From positions 3,230 to 67,229 of the forward strand of contig JBBRXB010000015.1 in assembly GCA_038248915.1 (NCBI GenBank): a stretch of DNA of 64,000 nt. Direction: 5' to 3'. The stretch comes from Candidatus Limnocylindrales bacterium. Lineage in GTDB: Bacteria > Chloroflexota > Limnocylindria > Limnocylindrales > CSP1-4. A program made the translations under genes and the position numbers. Positions 44,917 through 54,103 of this stretch are shown piece by piece; the first letter of the stretch is position 1; every line of letters begins with the position of its first letter. The notes beneath the pieces were generated by a model. The model made no database searches. It saw only the letters and a list, made by a program, of their open reading frames with translations, and had not been told where the DNA came from.

Positions 44917-46233
44917 TCAGGCGGCGGTCCCCTCCTGCGCCTCCTGTGGCGGCCCGATGTCGATCGGGTTGGCGATCGGGTCCTGGCTCCATTCGAACCA
45001 GCCGCCGTCGTAGACCGCGATCCGCTGCCAACCCTGCAGATAGGCATAGAACCACGCCTCGCTGGCCCGCCAGCCCGTCCCGCAGTAGAACGCCACCCGC
45101 TTGTCGGGGGTGATGCCGGCCTCGGCCCAGTTGGCCGCGATCTCCGGGTAGGCCCGCATCGCGTTGTCGCTGTTGCGGTAGTGCTGCATGTGGTAGGCGT
45201 CGCTGCCGCAATTGCCCCACACGTCGCCCTTGATCCGTCCTGCCGGGCCGATGTGGTCGTAGCCGCTGACATCGCCGATGTGCTCGCGCCAACTGCGGAC
45301 ACTGACGAGGGCCGCGCCGGCCGGATCGGCCAGGATCTCCCTGGCCTCCTCGATGTCGACGATGACCTCCGGGCGGAGCGGGACCTGCACCCCGAACGAC
45401 GGCACGGGCGTCGGTGGCCGGTCCACGGTCTCGAGCGGATTGCCGGCGCGGACCCACCAGTCGTAGCCGCCGTCGAGGAGGCGGACGTCGTCCACGCCGG
45501 CATAACGCAGGATCATCAGGGCGCGGGTGGCCGCGATCTGACCGGCTCGCCGGCCGGGCCACTTCTCGCCGGCGTGGCCCTCGGTATCGCGGCCGTACAC
45601 GACGATCGTCGTTGTGTTGGTGATGCCGAGCGCTCGCAGGGCGGCGTCGATCGCCGCCGGCGACCGGCGGTTCCAGTCGGCTGGATCCTCCAGCCAGCTG
45701 GTGTCGAGGTAGAGCGCGCCCGGGATGTGGCCTTCGGCGTATTCCTCAGGTACCCCGAAGTTCACGTGGAACAGACGGAACTCGCCCGTCGGTGCGGCCT
45801 CCGGCCGGCCGCCATCGAGGACCTCGCGAAGCCACTCGGTGTCGACGAGCTTGTCGAAGTTCGGGAGACGGTCCAGCGGACGATCGGCGTCCGCCGCCCA
45901 GGCCGAAGGGCCGTCGTCGTACGTAGCGGCACCATCGACGCCCCGCTCGTCGAGCTTGGCGACGAACCGTGCCGCGTCGTCGGGACCGTCGCCATACACG
46001 ACGATGTCGCGGCCCGCGATGATCCCCTTCGAGTCGAGCAGGCGGCCGATCTCGACGTCGTCGATCGTATCGAGCCAGGCGATCGGGAGGGCGACGGCGC
46101 CAGGCAGGTGGCCGCCGCGGGCGAGGCCGCCGCGCCGCCAGCCGTTGTAGGCGACGAGCGGCCGGACGTCGACGACGGTGAGATTCGGGTCATCGAGTCG
46201 GGCCTGGAGGGCCTCGGTGGAGATGGTGGTCAT
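44917..46233 (-). CDS. Multi-rhodanese-domain sulfurtransferase (thiosulfate/3-mercaptopyruvate type)
   Basis: Three rhodanese-like modules. Active-site loop CGTGWRAS in the last one. Confidence 0.85.
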   Translation of the reverse strand: MTTISTEALQARLDDPNLTVVDVRPLVAYNGWRRGGLARGGHLPGAVALPIAWLDTIDDVEIGRLLDSKGIIAGRDIVVYGDGPDDAARFVAKLDERGVDGAATYDDGPSAWAADADRPLDRLPNFDKLVDTEWLREVLDGGRPEAAPTGEFRLFHVNFGVPEEYAEGHIPGALYLDTSWLEDPADWNRRSPAAIDAALRALGITNTTTIVVYGRDTEGHAGEKWPGRRAGQIAATRALMILRYAGVDDVRLLDGGYDWWVRAGNPLETVDRPPTPVPSFGVQVPLRPEVIVDIEEAREILADPAGAALVSVRSWREHIGDVSGYDHIGPAGRIKGDVWGNCGSDAYHMQHYRNSDNAMRAYPEIAANWAEAGITPDKRVAFYCGTGWRASEAWFYAYLQGWQRIAVYDGGWFEWSQDPIANPIDIGPPQEAQEGTAA

Positions 46234-46271
46234 GGGGTCCCCGTGTGACGGGCGCGGGATCGGGCAACAAG

Positions 46272-46295
46272 ACACCCCTGTCCAGACAGGGGTGT
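46272..46295 (-). other. Strong hairpin (10-bp perfect stem ACACCCCTGT/ACAGGGGTGT, 4-nt loop) in a 243-nt non-coding gap
   Basis: Read directly. On the minus strand it is followed by CUUGUUG. It lies 39 nt upstream of the rhodanese start and about 180 nt after the ycaQ-like stop. Confidence 0.4.
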
Positions 46296-46476
46296 GGATG
46301 TGGTCCGGCGTGCGGTTCGGTCTCGTCGCATGGCTAGATCCACCACCTGCCCTGCATGGCACAGGGGCGACACGGACAGGAGCAGATGAGCGTGGCGGCA
46401 GTCATCGTTGCCGGATTGTGACATCGGCGACTCTCGCATGGCAAGACCCGGGCAGGCTCGTAGGGTCTCGGTGCGG

Positions 46477-47601
46477 TCACAGCCACGCCTCCGCGACGCG
46501 AATGCGGCGGTCCGCGGCTTCGGTCGCCATGAAGGCCAGGAGTCGCTCGCCCTCATCGGACAGCGCCGCGGCATCGCTCTTCGAGAGCCGGCCGAGTGGC
46601 TTGAGGGTCAGGCTGGCGACACCGCGTTCGCGTTCGACACGCCACGTTCCGGCCACGAACCCGTCGAGGGTGAAGGTGCTGATCGGTTCATTCGTTGGCG
46701 TGGCGATGCTCCGGACTGCCCCAGGCGGGATCGAACGCGACCGGTCGGCGTACGACAGCAGGATGTTCTCGAAGTCGTACAGGAATCGAGCCGGCGCCGG
46801 GGTCCGGGAATCCGGGCGAGGTGCATCCGGCAGATCGAACAGCTCCCGGCCGCGCTCATCCCGGAACGTCAGGAGGCTCGACCGCAACCCATCGAAGACC
46901 TCACCCAGCCTCGTCAGGCCGCACCATGCCTGGGCGTCCATGACGCTCGCCGGACCGAATGCCCCGAGATACCGCCGGACGAGGGTCTGGCGGGTCATCG
47001 GTTCGGCTGGAGGCTCGCCCAGCCACGCTTCGATCGAGGTGTGGGCGATCGGCCCGCTCCGACCCCACAGTCCGCGGGGCGGTACCTGGACGAGCGGGAC
47101 GCCGGTCCGAACCGCCTGCTCGAGCGCGAACCGGTCGCTATCCGGCCAGCAGGTCAGCAGGTGATCGCCGAGCGCCTTGAACGTCCGGGGCTCCTGGTCG
47201 ACGAAGGTGCGGCCCATCTCGATGACCGCCCCCTCGTCGACGCCGACCAGTCGCTTGCTGGACTGGCCCTTCTGGACCTGGTCGAGGACGGGCTGGACGA
47301 GCGGCCGCAGACCCCAGGCGTCGCGCGCAGTGACCAGATGGATCGTCCCGCGCATCAAGGCCATCCGGACCACCGACCGATCGAGCAGGAGGCTCGAGAG
47401 CTGTTCGCCTTCGAAATGCGCCAGGCGCGTCCACAGCCCGGTGTACGCCGTGTGCGGAGTCTGGGCCTGGAGACCGACCAGGTGCTCGATCGCCTCCGGG
47501 ATCCCCATCGACGATCGCTCGAGCAGGAGCTGTCGCGCCAAGGTCGCGCGGTTCAGATCACGCGGCGTGAGGGCGGGTCCGTCCGCCCGGGCTCGTGGCA
47601 T
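46477..47601 (-). CDS. Winged-helix DNA-binding protein, YcaQ/AlkZ family (DUF1006)
   Basis: LNRATLARQLLLER...LVGLQAQ...MRGTIHLV pattern. Confidence 0.8.
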   Translation of the reverse strand: MPRARADGPALTPRDLNRATLARQLLLERSSMGIPEAIEHLVGLQAQTPHTAYTGLWTRLAHFEGEQLSSLLLDRSVVRMALMRGTIHLVTARDAWGLRPLVQPVLDQVQKGQSSKRLVGVDEGAVIEMGRTFVDQEPRTFKALGDHLLTCWPDSDRFALEQAVRTGVPLVQVPPRGLWGRSGPIAHTSIEAWLGEPPAEPMTRQTLVRRYLGAFGPASVMDAQAWCGLTRLGEVFDGLRSSLLTFRDERGRELFDLPDAPRPDSRTPAPARFLYDFENILLSYADRSRSIPPGAVRSIATPTNEPISTFTLDGFVAGTWRVERERGVASLTLKPLGRLSKSDAAALSDEGERLLAFMATEAADRRIRVAEAWL

Positions 47602-47607
47602 GGTCCG

Positions 47608-47700
47608 TCAGATGCCAGCGATGACCATCCCGATCGGCAGGATGACCGTCGGCGCCACGAACGCGACGATGCCGACAGCATCCGGCACGACCGTGATCAT
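47608..47700 (-). CDS. Candidate 30-aa hydrophobic peptide (MITVVPDAVGIVAFVAPTVILPIGMVIAGI) immediately upstream of the ycaQ-like gene
   Basis: ATG...TGA ORF below the track cutoff. Strong GC3 bias. Stop lies 6 nt before ATG 47601. Weak RBS. Confidence 0.25.
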   Translation of the reverse strand: MITVVPDAVGIVAFVAPTVILPIGMVIAGI

Positions 47701-47803
47701 CCGTCGTGGGTTCGGTCGGAGTCGCACGGCCGCAGTATGCAGCGCCCCGGGGCGACGTTGCGCGCCGCCGCGGCCGGACGCGCCAGCGCGCTAGCATCTG
47801 TGG

Positions 47804-48343
47804 ATGACGGAACGGCACGCCTCCCTCCTGCGGGGCATCAACGTCGGCGGCCACAACCTCATCTCGATGGCCCGGCTGCGGGCGCTGTATGAGGCCCTCG
47901 GCTGCGAGGACGTGACGAGCTACCTCCAGAGTGGCAACGTCGTGTTCCGGCGCTCGCGCGACCCGGCTGGCGTCAGCCACGGCGTCGAACGGGCGATCAA
48001 GCGCGAGCTCGGCCTCGATATCCGGGTGCTTGACCGGTCCCACGCAGACCTCGCGACGATCGTCGAAGCCGATCCGTTCCCCGACGCGGAAGCGAACCGC
48101 CGCCTGGTCATGTTCCTGTCCGCGGCGCCCGGCCCTGCGATCGCCCGTGAGATCGGCCACGTGACGCTCGGGCCGGACGAGGCCTACCTCATCGGCCGCG
48201 AGGTCCATCTGCATTGCCCCGACGGCGTTGGCAACAGCAAGCTGCCGGGTCTGCTCAGCGAGCGGCGGCTCGGAGTGACGGCGACGGCCCGGAACTGGCG
48301 GACGGTGACCCGCCTCCTCGAGCTGTCGAGCGCTCAGTCCTGA
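47804..48343 (+). CDS. DUF1697-domain protein
   Basis: LLRGINVGGHNLISMARLR pattern. Confidence 0.8.
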   Translation: MTERHASLLRGINVGGHNLISMARLRALYEALGCEDVTSYLQSGNVVFRRSRDPAGVSHGVERAIKRELGLDIRVLDRSHADLATIVEADPFPDAEANRRLVMFLSAAPGPAIAREIGHVTLGPDEAYLIGREVHLHCPDGVGNSKLPGLLSERRLGVTATARNWRTVTRLLELSSAQS

Positions 48344-48882
48344 GGCCAGCGCTCCTCGAAGACCGTCTCCGAGGCCGGCAGACGCGCCTCACCAGGCGCC
48401 GACTTCGGGCGTTTCGCCGCCTCCGACGGGTGGCCGATGGCCACCACCGTCCACACGAAATGGTCCGGCGGGAGACCGAGCAGCGCCGCCACGACGGGGC
48501 GCCCATCGGTCCGGATCCACACGATCCCGGCGGCCAGCCCGAGCGACCCGGCGGCGATCAGCAGCCGCTCGGCCGCCCGACCCTCGTCGAACGCATGCTC
48601 GAGGTCGGCCGGGTCGTCGGACAGCACGATGGCGATCGCCAGCGGGGCGGTCCGGAGCGCGCGGGTCTGGGGCGCACCCGCCTCATGGACCGCCGCGATC
48701 GTCGAGTGGTCGCGGATGACGATGAATCGCCACGGCTGGCCGTTCCGGCTGCTGCCGGACCAGCGCGCGACATCGGTCAACGCGTCGACCTCGGCCGCCG
48801 TCGGTGGCTGCTCGGTGAACTCGCGAACCTGACGCGTCCGCAGGAGCGTCCCGACCTGCTCGCGCTCGGGTCTCGGGCTCAT
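48334..48882 (-). CDS. Nitroreductase-family protein
   Basis: ...RQVREF......V..L.D.ARW.GSS.N.QPWRF.V... pattern. ATGA overlap with pirin. Confidence 0.8.
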   Translation of the reverse strand: MSPRPEREQVGTLLRTRQVREFTEQPPTAAEVDALTDVARWSGSSRNGQPWRFIVIRDHSTIAAVHEAGAPQTRALRTAPLAIAIVLSDDPADLEHAFDEGRAAERLLIAAGSLGLAAGIVWIRTDGRPVVAALLGLPPDHFVWTVVAIGHPSEAAKRPKSAPGEARLPASETVFEERWPQD

Positions 48883-49883
48883 GACGGGTCGGCGCTGGGT
48901 CGGGCCTCTACGATCGTGGTCGGCGTGTCGTGGACCGCCGGGATCGAGCCCAGCCGGCCCGCCTGGTAGTCGGCGACCGCCTGCATGACCTCGTCGCGGG
49001 TGTTCATCACGAACGGGCCCATCCAGGCGACCGGCTCGCGGATCGGCCGACCGCCGAGGATGATGACGTCGAGGTTCGGACTCCGGCTGTCCACAACCGT
49101 CGAGCCGGTCACCGTGATGGCGTTGCCCTCGCCGAGGACCGCCAGCTGGCCGGCGCCGATCGGCTTGCCCTCGGGCCCCACGGTCCCCTGCCCCGCCAGC
49201 ACGTAGACCAGCGCGTTGTAGTCGGGTCGCCACGGGAGCGACAGCCGCGCACCTGGGCTGAGCGTCGCGTGGACCATGGTCATCGGTGAGTAGGTCGAGC
49301 CGGGACCGGCATGCCCCGCGACGTCGCCGGCGATGATCCGGATGAGCGCCCCGCCGTCCGGCGACGAGACGAGGGCGACCTCGCTGGCACGCAGATCCTG
49401 GTAGCGCGGGGCGATCAGCTTCTGCGCGGCCGGCAGGTTGACCCACAGCTGGAGGCCATGGAACAGGCCGCCGCTGACGACCAGCCACTCCGGCGGCTTC
49501 TCGATGTGGAGGATCCCGGCGCCGGCCGTCATCCATTGCGTGTCGCCGTTGGTGATGACGCCACCGCCGCCGTTCGAATCGGCGTGCTCGAACACGCCAT
49601 CGATCATGTAGGTGACGGTCTCGAAGCCGCGATGCGGATGCCACGGCGTGCCCTTGGGCTCACCCGGTGCGTACTCCACTTCGCCCATCTGGTCGAGGTG
49701 GATGAACGGGTCGAGGTCGGCCAGGTCGACGCCGGCGAAGGCGCGGCGAACCGGGAAGCCCTCCCCCTCGAAGCCTCGCGGCGCGCTGGTGACGCCGCGG
49801 ACGGGGCGCGATCGCGCGACTGCCGGATCGGGTTCGGGGATCCTGGGCAGGATGCTGATGTCTTCGACGACGACGGCTGGCAT
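48879..49883 (-). CDS. Pirin-family protein
   Basis: GFPVRRAF...PFIHLD..., HPHRGFETVTY. GAAGGAG upstream of ATG 49883. Confidence 0.9.
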   Translation of the reverse strand: MPAVVVEDISILPRIPEPDPAVARSRPVRGVTSAPRGFEGEGFPVRRAFAGVDLADLDPFIHLDQMGEVEYAPGEPKGTPWHPHRGFETVTYMIDGVFEHADSNGGGGVITNGDTQWMTAGAGILHIEKPPEWLVVSGGLFHGLQLWVNLPAAQKLIAPRYQDLRASEVALVSSPDGGALIRIIAGDVAGHAGPGSTYSPMTMVHATLSPGARLSLPWRPDYNALVYVLAGQGTVGPEGKPIGAGQLAVLGEGNAITVTGSTVVDSRSPNLDVIILGGRPIREPVAWMGPFVMNTRDEVMQAVADYQAGRLGSIPAVHDTPTTIVEARPSADPS

Positions 49884-49921
49884 GTGGTGTTCGACTCCTT
49901 CTGTCTGGACGCAGGATAGCA

Positions 49922-49960
49922 GGTCAGTAGTTGACCACGCAACTGTATTTCTGCTAGACT
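49922..49960 (+). promoter_or_regulatory. Candidate promoter TTGACC-N18-TAGACT, with palindrome GGTCA-N5-TGACC overlapping the -35 element
   Basis: Locally AT-richer divergent region between pirin (-) and the DDN-family gene (+). Elements read directly from the sequence. Confidence 0.3.
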
Positions 49961-50019
49961 CAGTGGCACGACACCCCCCAGCCATCCCCAGCGACCCGGC
50001 AGAACTCCAGGAGCCCCAC

Positions 50020-50445
50020 ATGTCCGACTTCAACCACGACCTCATCGCCGACCTCCGCGCGCACGCGGGTCAGGCTTCCAGCGGCCCCTTCGTCGGCCGT
50101 CAGATGATCATCCTCAGCACGACCGGCGCGAAGACCGGCCAGGTCCGTGAGACACCGCTCGTCTACTCGCGCGATGGCGACGCCATCGTCATCGTCGCCT
50201 CGATGAGTGGCGCGCCGCGACATCCCGCCTGGTACCACAACCTCGTGGCCCATCCGCAGGTCACCATCGAGATCGGCGGCAAGCGCTTCGAAGCGACCGC
50301 CCACGTCGCCGAGGAGGCCGAGCGTCGACGTCTCTATGACCAGCACGCTCTGACCAACCCGAGCTTCCTCGAGTACGAGGCCAGGACCTCTCGCGTCATC
50401 CCCGTCATCGTCCTGCAGCGGCACGCGTCGTCCGCCGCCGCCTGA
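50020..50445 (+). CDS. Nitroreductase-family deazaflavin-dependent oxidoreductase (DDN family), second copy
   Basis: ...ILSTTGAKTGQVRETPLV...IVASMSGAPRHPAWYHNL... pattern. CCAGGAG upstream. Confidence 0.85.
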   Translation: MSDFNHDLIADLRAHAGQASSGPFVGRQMIILSTTGAKTGQVRETPLVYSRDGDAIVIVASMSGAPRHPAWYHNLVAHPQVTIEIGGKRFEATAHVAEEAERRRLYDQHALTNPSFLEYEARTSRVIPVIVLQRHASSAAA

Positions 50446-50461
50446 CAGTTACGCTCCGCAC

Positions 50462-51319
50462 GTGGCAGACGACGATGCGGAGCACGTTCGGCCGGCGACG
50501 TCGGCTGAGGCCGCGGACATCGCGGCGATGCACGTCGCGAACCGCGCCGCCTGGGACGAGGCGGCGGAGCGCTACGAGGGCTGGTTCGACGAGGCCGTCG
50601 AGCTGATCCGGTCCGGCGGCACCAACCTGTTCGGCGTCGAGACGGCGTTGATCGGCGACCTCCACGGTCGGTGCCGGCGCGCGATCCACCTCCAATGCGC
50701 CGGCGGCCGGGACACGTTGTCGCTCTGGAACCATGGAGCGGACGAAGTCGTCGGCATCGACTTCAGCCCGCGGATGCTCGAGCTCGCCGAGCGGTTGACG
50801 GAGGCGACCGGCGCACCGGCCCGCTGGATCCTGGCAGACGTGCTGGATGCGCCGGCTGAACTCGACGGCACGGGCGACCTCGTCTACACCGGACGTGGGT
50901 CGCTCATCTGGCTGCAGGATCTCGACGCCTGGGCGGCGGTCATCGCGCGCCTGCTGTCGCCGACCGGTCGGCTGGTCCTGTTCGAGGGTCACCCGGCCGA
51001 GTGGCTGTTCGACGTCGGGCCCGATGGGCGCTGGATCGCGACCGACTACGACTACTTCGGCGGGCCGGAAGCGTCGCGTGGCTGGGCCCCCGAATACATC
51101 GACCGGCTGTCGATCGCCGAGCCGCAGCAGAGCTGGAAGTTCGCCCGGGCGTGGACGCTCGGCGAGGTCATCACGGCGTTGCTCAGCGCGGACCTGCGTC
51201 TCGAGCAAGTGGCGGAATATCCGATCGACTGGTGGGGCGGCCACGCCGACGTCCGCGACGACGAGCGTGGCCGGATCCCGTTGTCGTTCTCCGTGACCGG
51301 TCGCCGCGGTCCGGCCTGA
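50462..51319 (+). CDS. Class I SAM-dependent methyltransferase
   Basis: Motif I-like ...AIHLQCAGGRDTL... and ...VVGIDFSP.ML.... GTG start. Confidence 0.75.
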   Translation: MADDDAEHVRPATSAEAADIAAMHVANRAAWDEAAERYEGWFDEAVELIRSGGTNLFGVETALIGDLHGRCRRAIHLQCAGGRDTLSLWNHGADEVVGIDFSPRMLELAERLTEATGAPARWILADVLDAPAELDGTGDLVYTGRGSLIWLQDLDAWAAVIARLLSPTGRLVLFEGHPAEWLFDVGPDGRWIATDYDYFGGPEASRGWAPEYIDRLSIAEPQQSWKFARAWTLGEVITALLSADLRLEQVAEYPIDWWGGHADVRDDERGRIPLSFSVTGRRGPA

Positions 51320-51330
51320 GCGCTCAGGCC
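51313..51330. terminator. Perfect 18-bp palindrome GGCCTGAGCGCTCAGGCC containing the stop codons of both convergent genes
   Basis: TGA at 51317-51319 (+ gene) and TCA at 51324-51326 (- gene). Read directly. Confidence 0.35.
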
Positions 51331-51662
51331 TGGTCCAGGCCCGCGAACGGGCCGCCCGGCGCACGATCGACGCGGCTGACCGCGACGACAGCCCGGCGCC
51401 GGATCGGGCCGTAGACGTGCGGGTACGGCGAGTCCGGTATGTCGTACCGCCACAGCTCGTCGACGGCATCCAGGTCCACCGTGAGGGCCAGGAACGGCCG
51501 TGGGTCCGCAGCGTAGTACCGATCGAACGTCGCGCCGAGCGCCTCGACCCCATCAGTGCAGTGGATGAAGCCCTCGAGGGCGAGGGACGCGGCCGCGTAG
51601 GGCACGGCCGGATCCGACGCCCGCCAGACCTCGGCCGGGACCAGATGGAACGTCGGGCGCAT
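51324..51662 (-). CDS. DUF952-domain protein
   Basis: ...EGFIHCT......PHVYGPI pattern. Its start overlaps the upstream stop (TGATG). Confidence 0.75.
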   Translation of the reverse strand: MRPTFHLVPAEVWRASDPAVPYAAASLALEGFIHCTDGVEALGATFDRYYAADPRPFLALTVDLDAVDELWRYDIPDSPYPHVYGPIRRRAVVAVSRVDRAPGGPFAGLDQA

Positions 51663-53551
51663 CAGCCCGGCGGCTGGTCGATCGACACCCACGCCCGGTC
51701 GAGCGCCAGCTGGATGACCGTCGCCCGGTCGGCCACTAGGGCGGCACGCAGGGCCGGCTCGAAGTCCGCGTCGCGCTCGACCCGCACGCCTCGCGCGCCG
51801 CAGGCCCGAGCGATCGCCGCGAAGTCCATCGGCCCGAGGTCGCTCGCGACGCCCATGCCGGTCCCCCGCTCCTCCTGCCACATCCGGATCGTCCCGTAGC
51901 GCTCGTTGTCGAAGACCAGGACGACGACCCGCGCACCCACGCGGACCGCCGTCTCGAGCTCCGCCATCGTCATCCCCAGGCCGCCATCGCCACAGATCGC
52001 CACGACCGGCCGGTCGCGGTGGACGAGGGCGGCCGCGATCGCCGCCGGCAGGCCGTAGCCCATCGCCCCGGACGTCGGGCCGAGGAACGTCCCCGGCCGA
52101 CGGAAACGGAAGCCGCGGCCGATCCACGCCGCGAAGTTGCCGGCATCGGTCGTCAGGATCGCGTCGTCCGGCAAGATGCTGCGGAGCGCGGTCACCGTAC
52201 GCCCAGGATGGACGCCGGGGCCGTCCCACGGCTTCGCGTCGACGGTCGAGGCGACCTCGAAACGGGCACGATCGGCGCGGTTGTTGGCCTGGCGTGTGGC
52301 GACCAGCGCGGCGTCGAGGACGGCCCGGCCCAGGAGCCGCTCGTTGGCCGCCTTGAGGAACGCCTTGGCGTCGCCTGCGACGGCGATCTCTGGGGTCGTC
52401 GAGCCGGCCAGCGCGCCCGGCGCGAGGTCCACGTGCGCCCAGCGAAGCCCCGGGCGCGGCATCTCGTAGCCATAGGACGTGGCCTCGTTGAGCCGCGAGC
52501 CGATGACAAGCAGGGCATCCGCCCCGTCCAGCCGCTGCCGGACCGATGACGCGGCACCGAACCCGGCCATCCCGAGGAAGAGCGGGTGATCGTTCGAGAT
52601 GACGTCGGCACGTCGCCAGGCGGCCACGACCGGGACCTGGAGCAGCTCGGCGAACCGGGTCAGCTCCGTCGAAGTGCGGGCACGCAGCACCCCGGCGCCG
52701 GCCACGATGACCGGCCGCTCGGCCGACGCCAGCAGCTCGATGACCGCGCGGATCTGCTCGTCGGTCGCGCGCGGCTGGCTTGGCCGCCCGGGCTCGGTCC
52801 GGACCTCGTCCGCCATCGGTTCATCGAGCAGGTCCTCGGGCAGCGACAGGTAGACCGGCCCGGGACGACCGCCAAGGGCCTGGCGCGTGGCCTCGGCCAT
52901 GGCCGTCGCGACCTCGGCACCCGTGTGCGGTTCGGCGGCCCACTTGGCAAGCCGCCCGAGCGAGCCGACCTGGTCGATCTCCTGGAACGCCTCGCGCCCG
53001 AGCCAGCGACGCTCGACCTGGCCGACCGCCACGAACATCGGGGTCGAATCCTGGTGCGCGGTGTGGATCCCGATGCCGAGGTTCGTGCCGCCCACCGCCC
53101 GGGTCCCGAGGCAGACCGCCGGCCGCCCGGTCAGCTGGCCGTGGGCCTCGGCCATGAACGCCGCGCCACCCTCGTGACGCGTCGCGATGACGCGGATACC
53201 GGCGCCCTCGAAGGCATCGAGGAGACCCAGGAACGACTCGCCGGGGACCGTGAAGGCGTAGCGCACACCGGCGGCTCGCAGGGCGTCCGCGATATACCGC
53301 CCGACCGTCCGAGGGCCAGCCTCGGCGCCCGGTATCAGGTCAGCTGCCGGCGGCTCGGCCTCGGCGGTCCCCGCCCCGGCGGCGGGCTCGACGGCTTCGG
53401 CGGCGGCGGCGGCGGTCTCGGCCGCAGGCTCAGCCGTCGGCTCCCTGGCGGCGGCAGGTTCGGCGTCGACGGCAGGTTCGGCGTCGGTCGAGCCGGCGAA
53501 GTCGATGGTGGCGTGGTCGTCGGTCGGTGGGGTCGTGTCGAGCTCGGTCAT
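51662..53551 (-). CDS. Thiamine-pyrophosphate-dependent enzyme (acetolactate-synthase-large-subunit-like) with an 80-aa acidic Ala/Pro/Glu-rich N-terminal extension
   Basis: GAAGGAG upstream of ATG 53551. TPP-binding GDGGLGM...NERYG. N-terminal Pyr domain ...FTVPGESFLGLLDA.... Confidence 0.85.
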   Translation of the reverse strand: MTELDTTPPTDDHATIDFAGSTDAEPAVDAEPAAAREPTAEPAAETAAAAAEAVEPAAGAGTAEAEPPAADLIPGAEAGPRTVGRYIADALRAAGVRYAFTVPGESFLGLLDAFEGAGIRVIATRHEGGAAFMAEAHGQLTGRPAVCLGTRAVGGTNLGIGIHTAHQDSTPMFVAVGQVERRWLGREAFQEIDQVGSLGRLAKWAAEPHTGAEVATAMAEATRQALGGRPGPVYLSLPEDLLDEPMADEVRTEPGRPSQPRATDEQIRAVIELLASAERPVIVAGAGVLRARTSTELTRFAELLQVPVVAAWRRADVISNDHPLFLGMAGFGAASSVRQRLDGADALLVIGSRLNEATSYGYEMPRPGLRWAHVDLAPGALAGSTTPEIAVAGDAKAFLKAANERLLGRAVLDAALVATRQANNRADRARFEVASTVDAKPWDGPGVHPGRTVTALRSILPDDAILTTDAGNFAAWIGRGFRFRRPGTFLGPTSGAMGYGLPAAIAAALVHRDRPVVAICGDGGLGMTMAELETAVRVGARVVVLVFDNERYGTIRMWQEERGTGMGVASDLGPMDFAAIARACGARGVRVERDADFEPALRAALVADRATVIQLALDRAWVSIDQPPG

Positions 53552-53597
53552 GGCGACTGCGCTCCTTCGGTGGTCAGGGCCCCGGATCGGGGGCCGG

Positions 53598-54089
53598 TCA
53601 GCGGTAGTTCTCGAACTGCAGCGGGACCGGCAGGTCGAGGTCGCGCAGGCGGGTGATGACGCGCTGGAGGTCGTCTCGGCTCTTGGCTGATACGCGCACG
53701 GCGTCACCCTGGATCTGCGACTTCACCTTGGGGAACTCATCCCGGATGAGCTTCGTGATCTTCTTGGCTACCTCCTCGGACAGCCCCCGACGGAGGCCGA
53801 TCCGCTGGCGAACCTTGTTGCCGCCCGCCTCTTCGACCTTGCCCCAGTCGAAGATCTTGAGCGACAGGCTGCGCCGGATCGCCTTCGACTCGATGAGGTC
53901 CTTGACGGCAGTCGCCCGGTACTCGTCGTCAGTGATGAGGATGAGCTCGTCCTTGGCCTGGCTCAGGTCGACGGTCACGCCCTTGAAGTCGAACCGCGTG
54001 CCGACCTCGCGTCGTACCTGGTCGAGCGCGTTGCGCAGCTCCTGCTCGTCGAAATCGCTGACGACGTCGAACGATTGCTCTCCGGCCAT
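53598..54089 (-). CDS. yajQ: YajQ-family (UPF0234) nucleotide / cyclic-di-GMP-binding protein
   Basis: SFDVVSDFD.QELRNA.DQ..RE...RFDFKG... pattern. AAGGAGAGGAGG upstream. Confidence 0.9.
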   Translation of the reverse strand: MAGEQSFDVVSDFDEQELRNALDQVRREVGTRFDFKGVTVDLSQAKDELILITDDEYRATAVKDLIESKAIRRSLSLKIFDWGKVEEAGGNKVRQRIGLRRGLSEEVAKKITKLIRDEFPKVKSQIQGDAVRVSAKSRDDLQRVITRLRDLDLPVPLQFENYR

Positions 54090-54103
54090 CGATCCTCCTC
54101 TCC

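Noticed and set aside
43208-45562. 784-aa ORF on the minus strand (also 43453..44850 on the plus strand)
   Set aside because: The Arg/Pro/Gly-rich translation has no motifs. It runs out of frame or antisense across the well-supported serine-hydrolase and rhodanese genes. This is a typical shadow ORF in GC-rich DNA.
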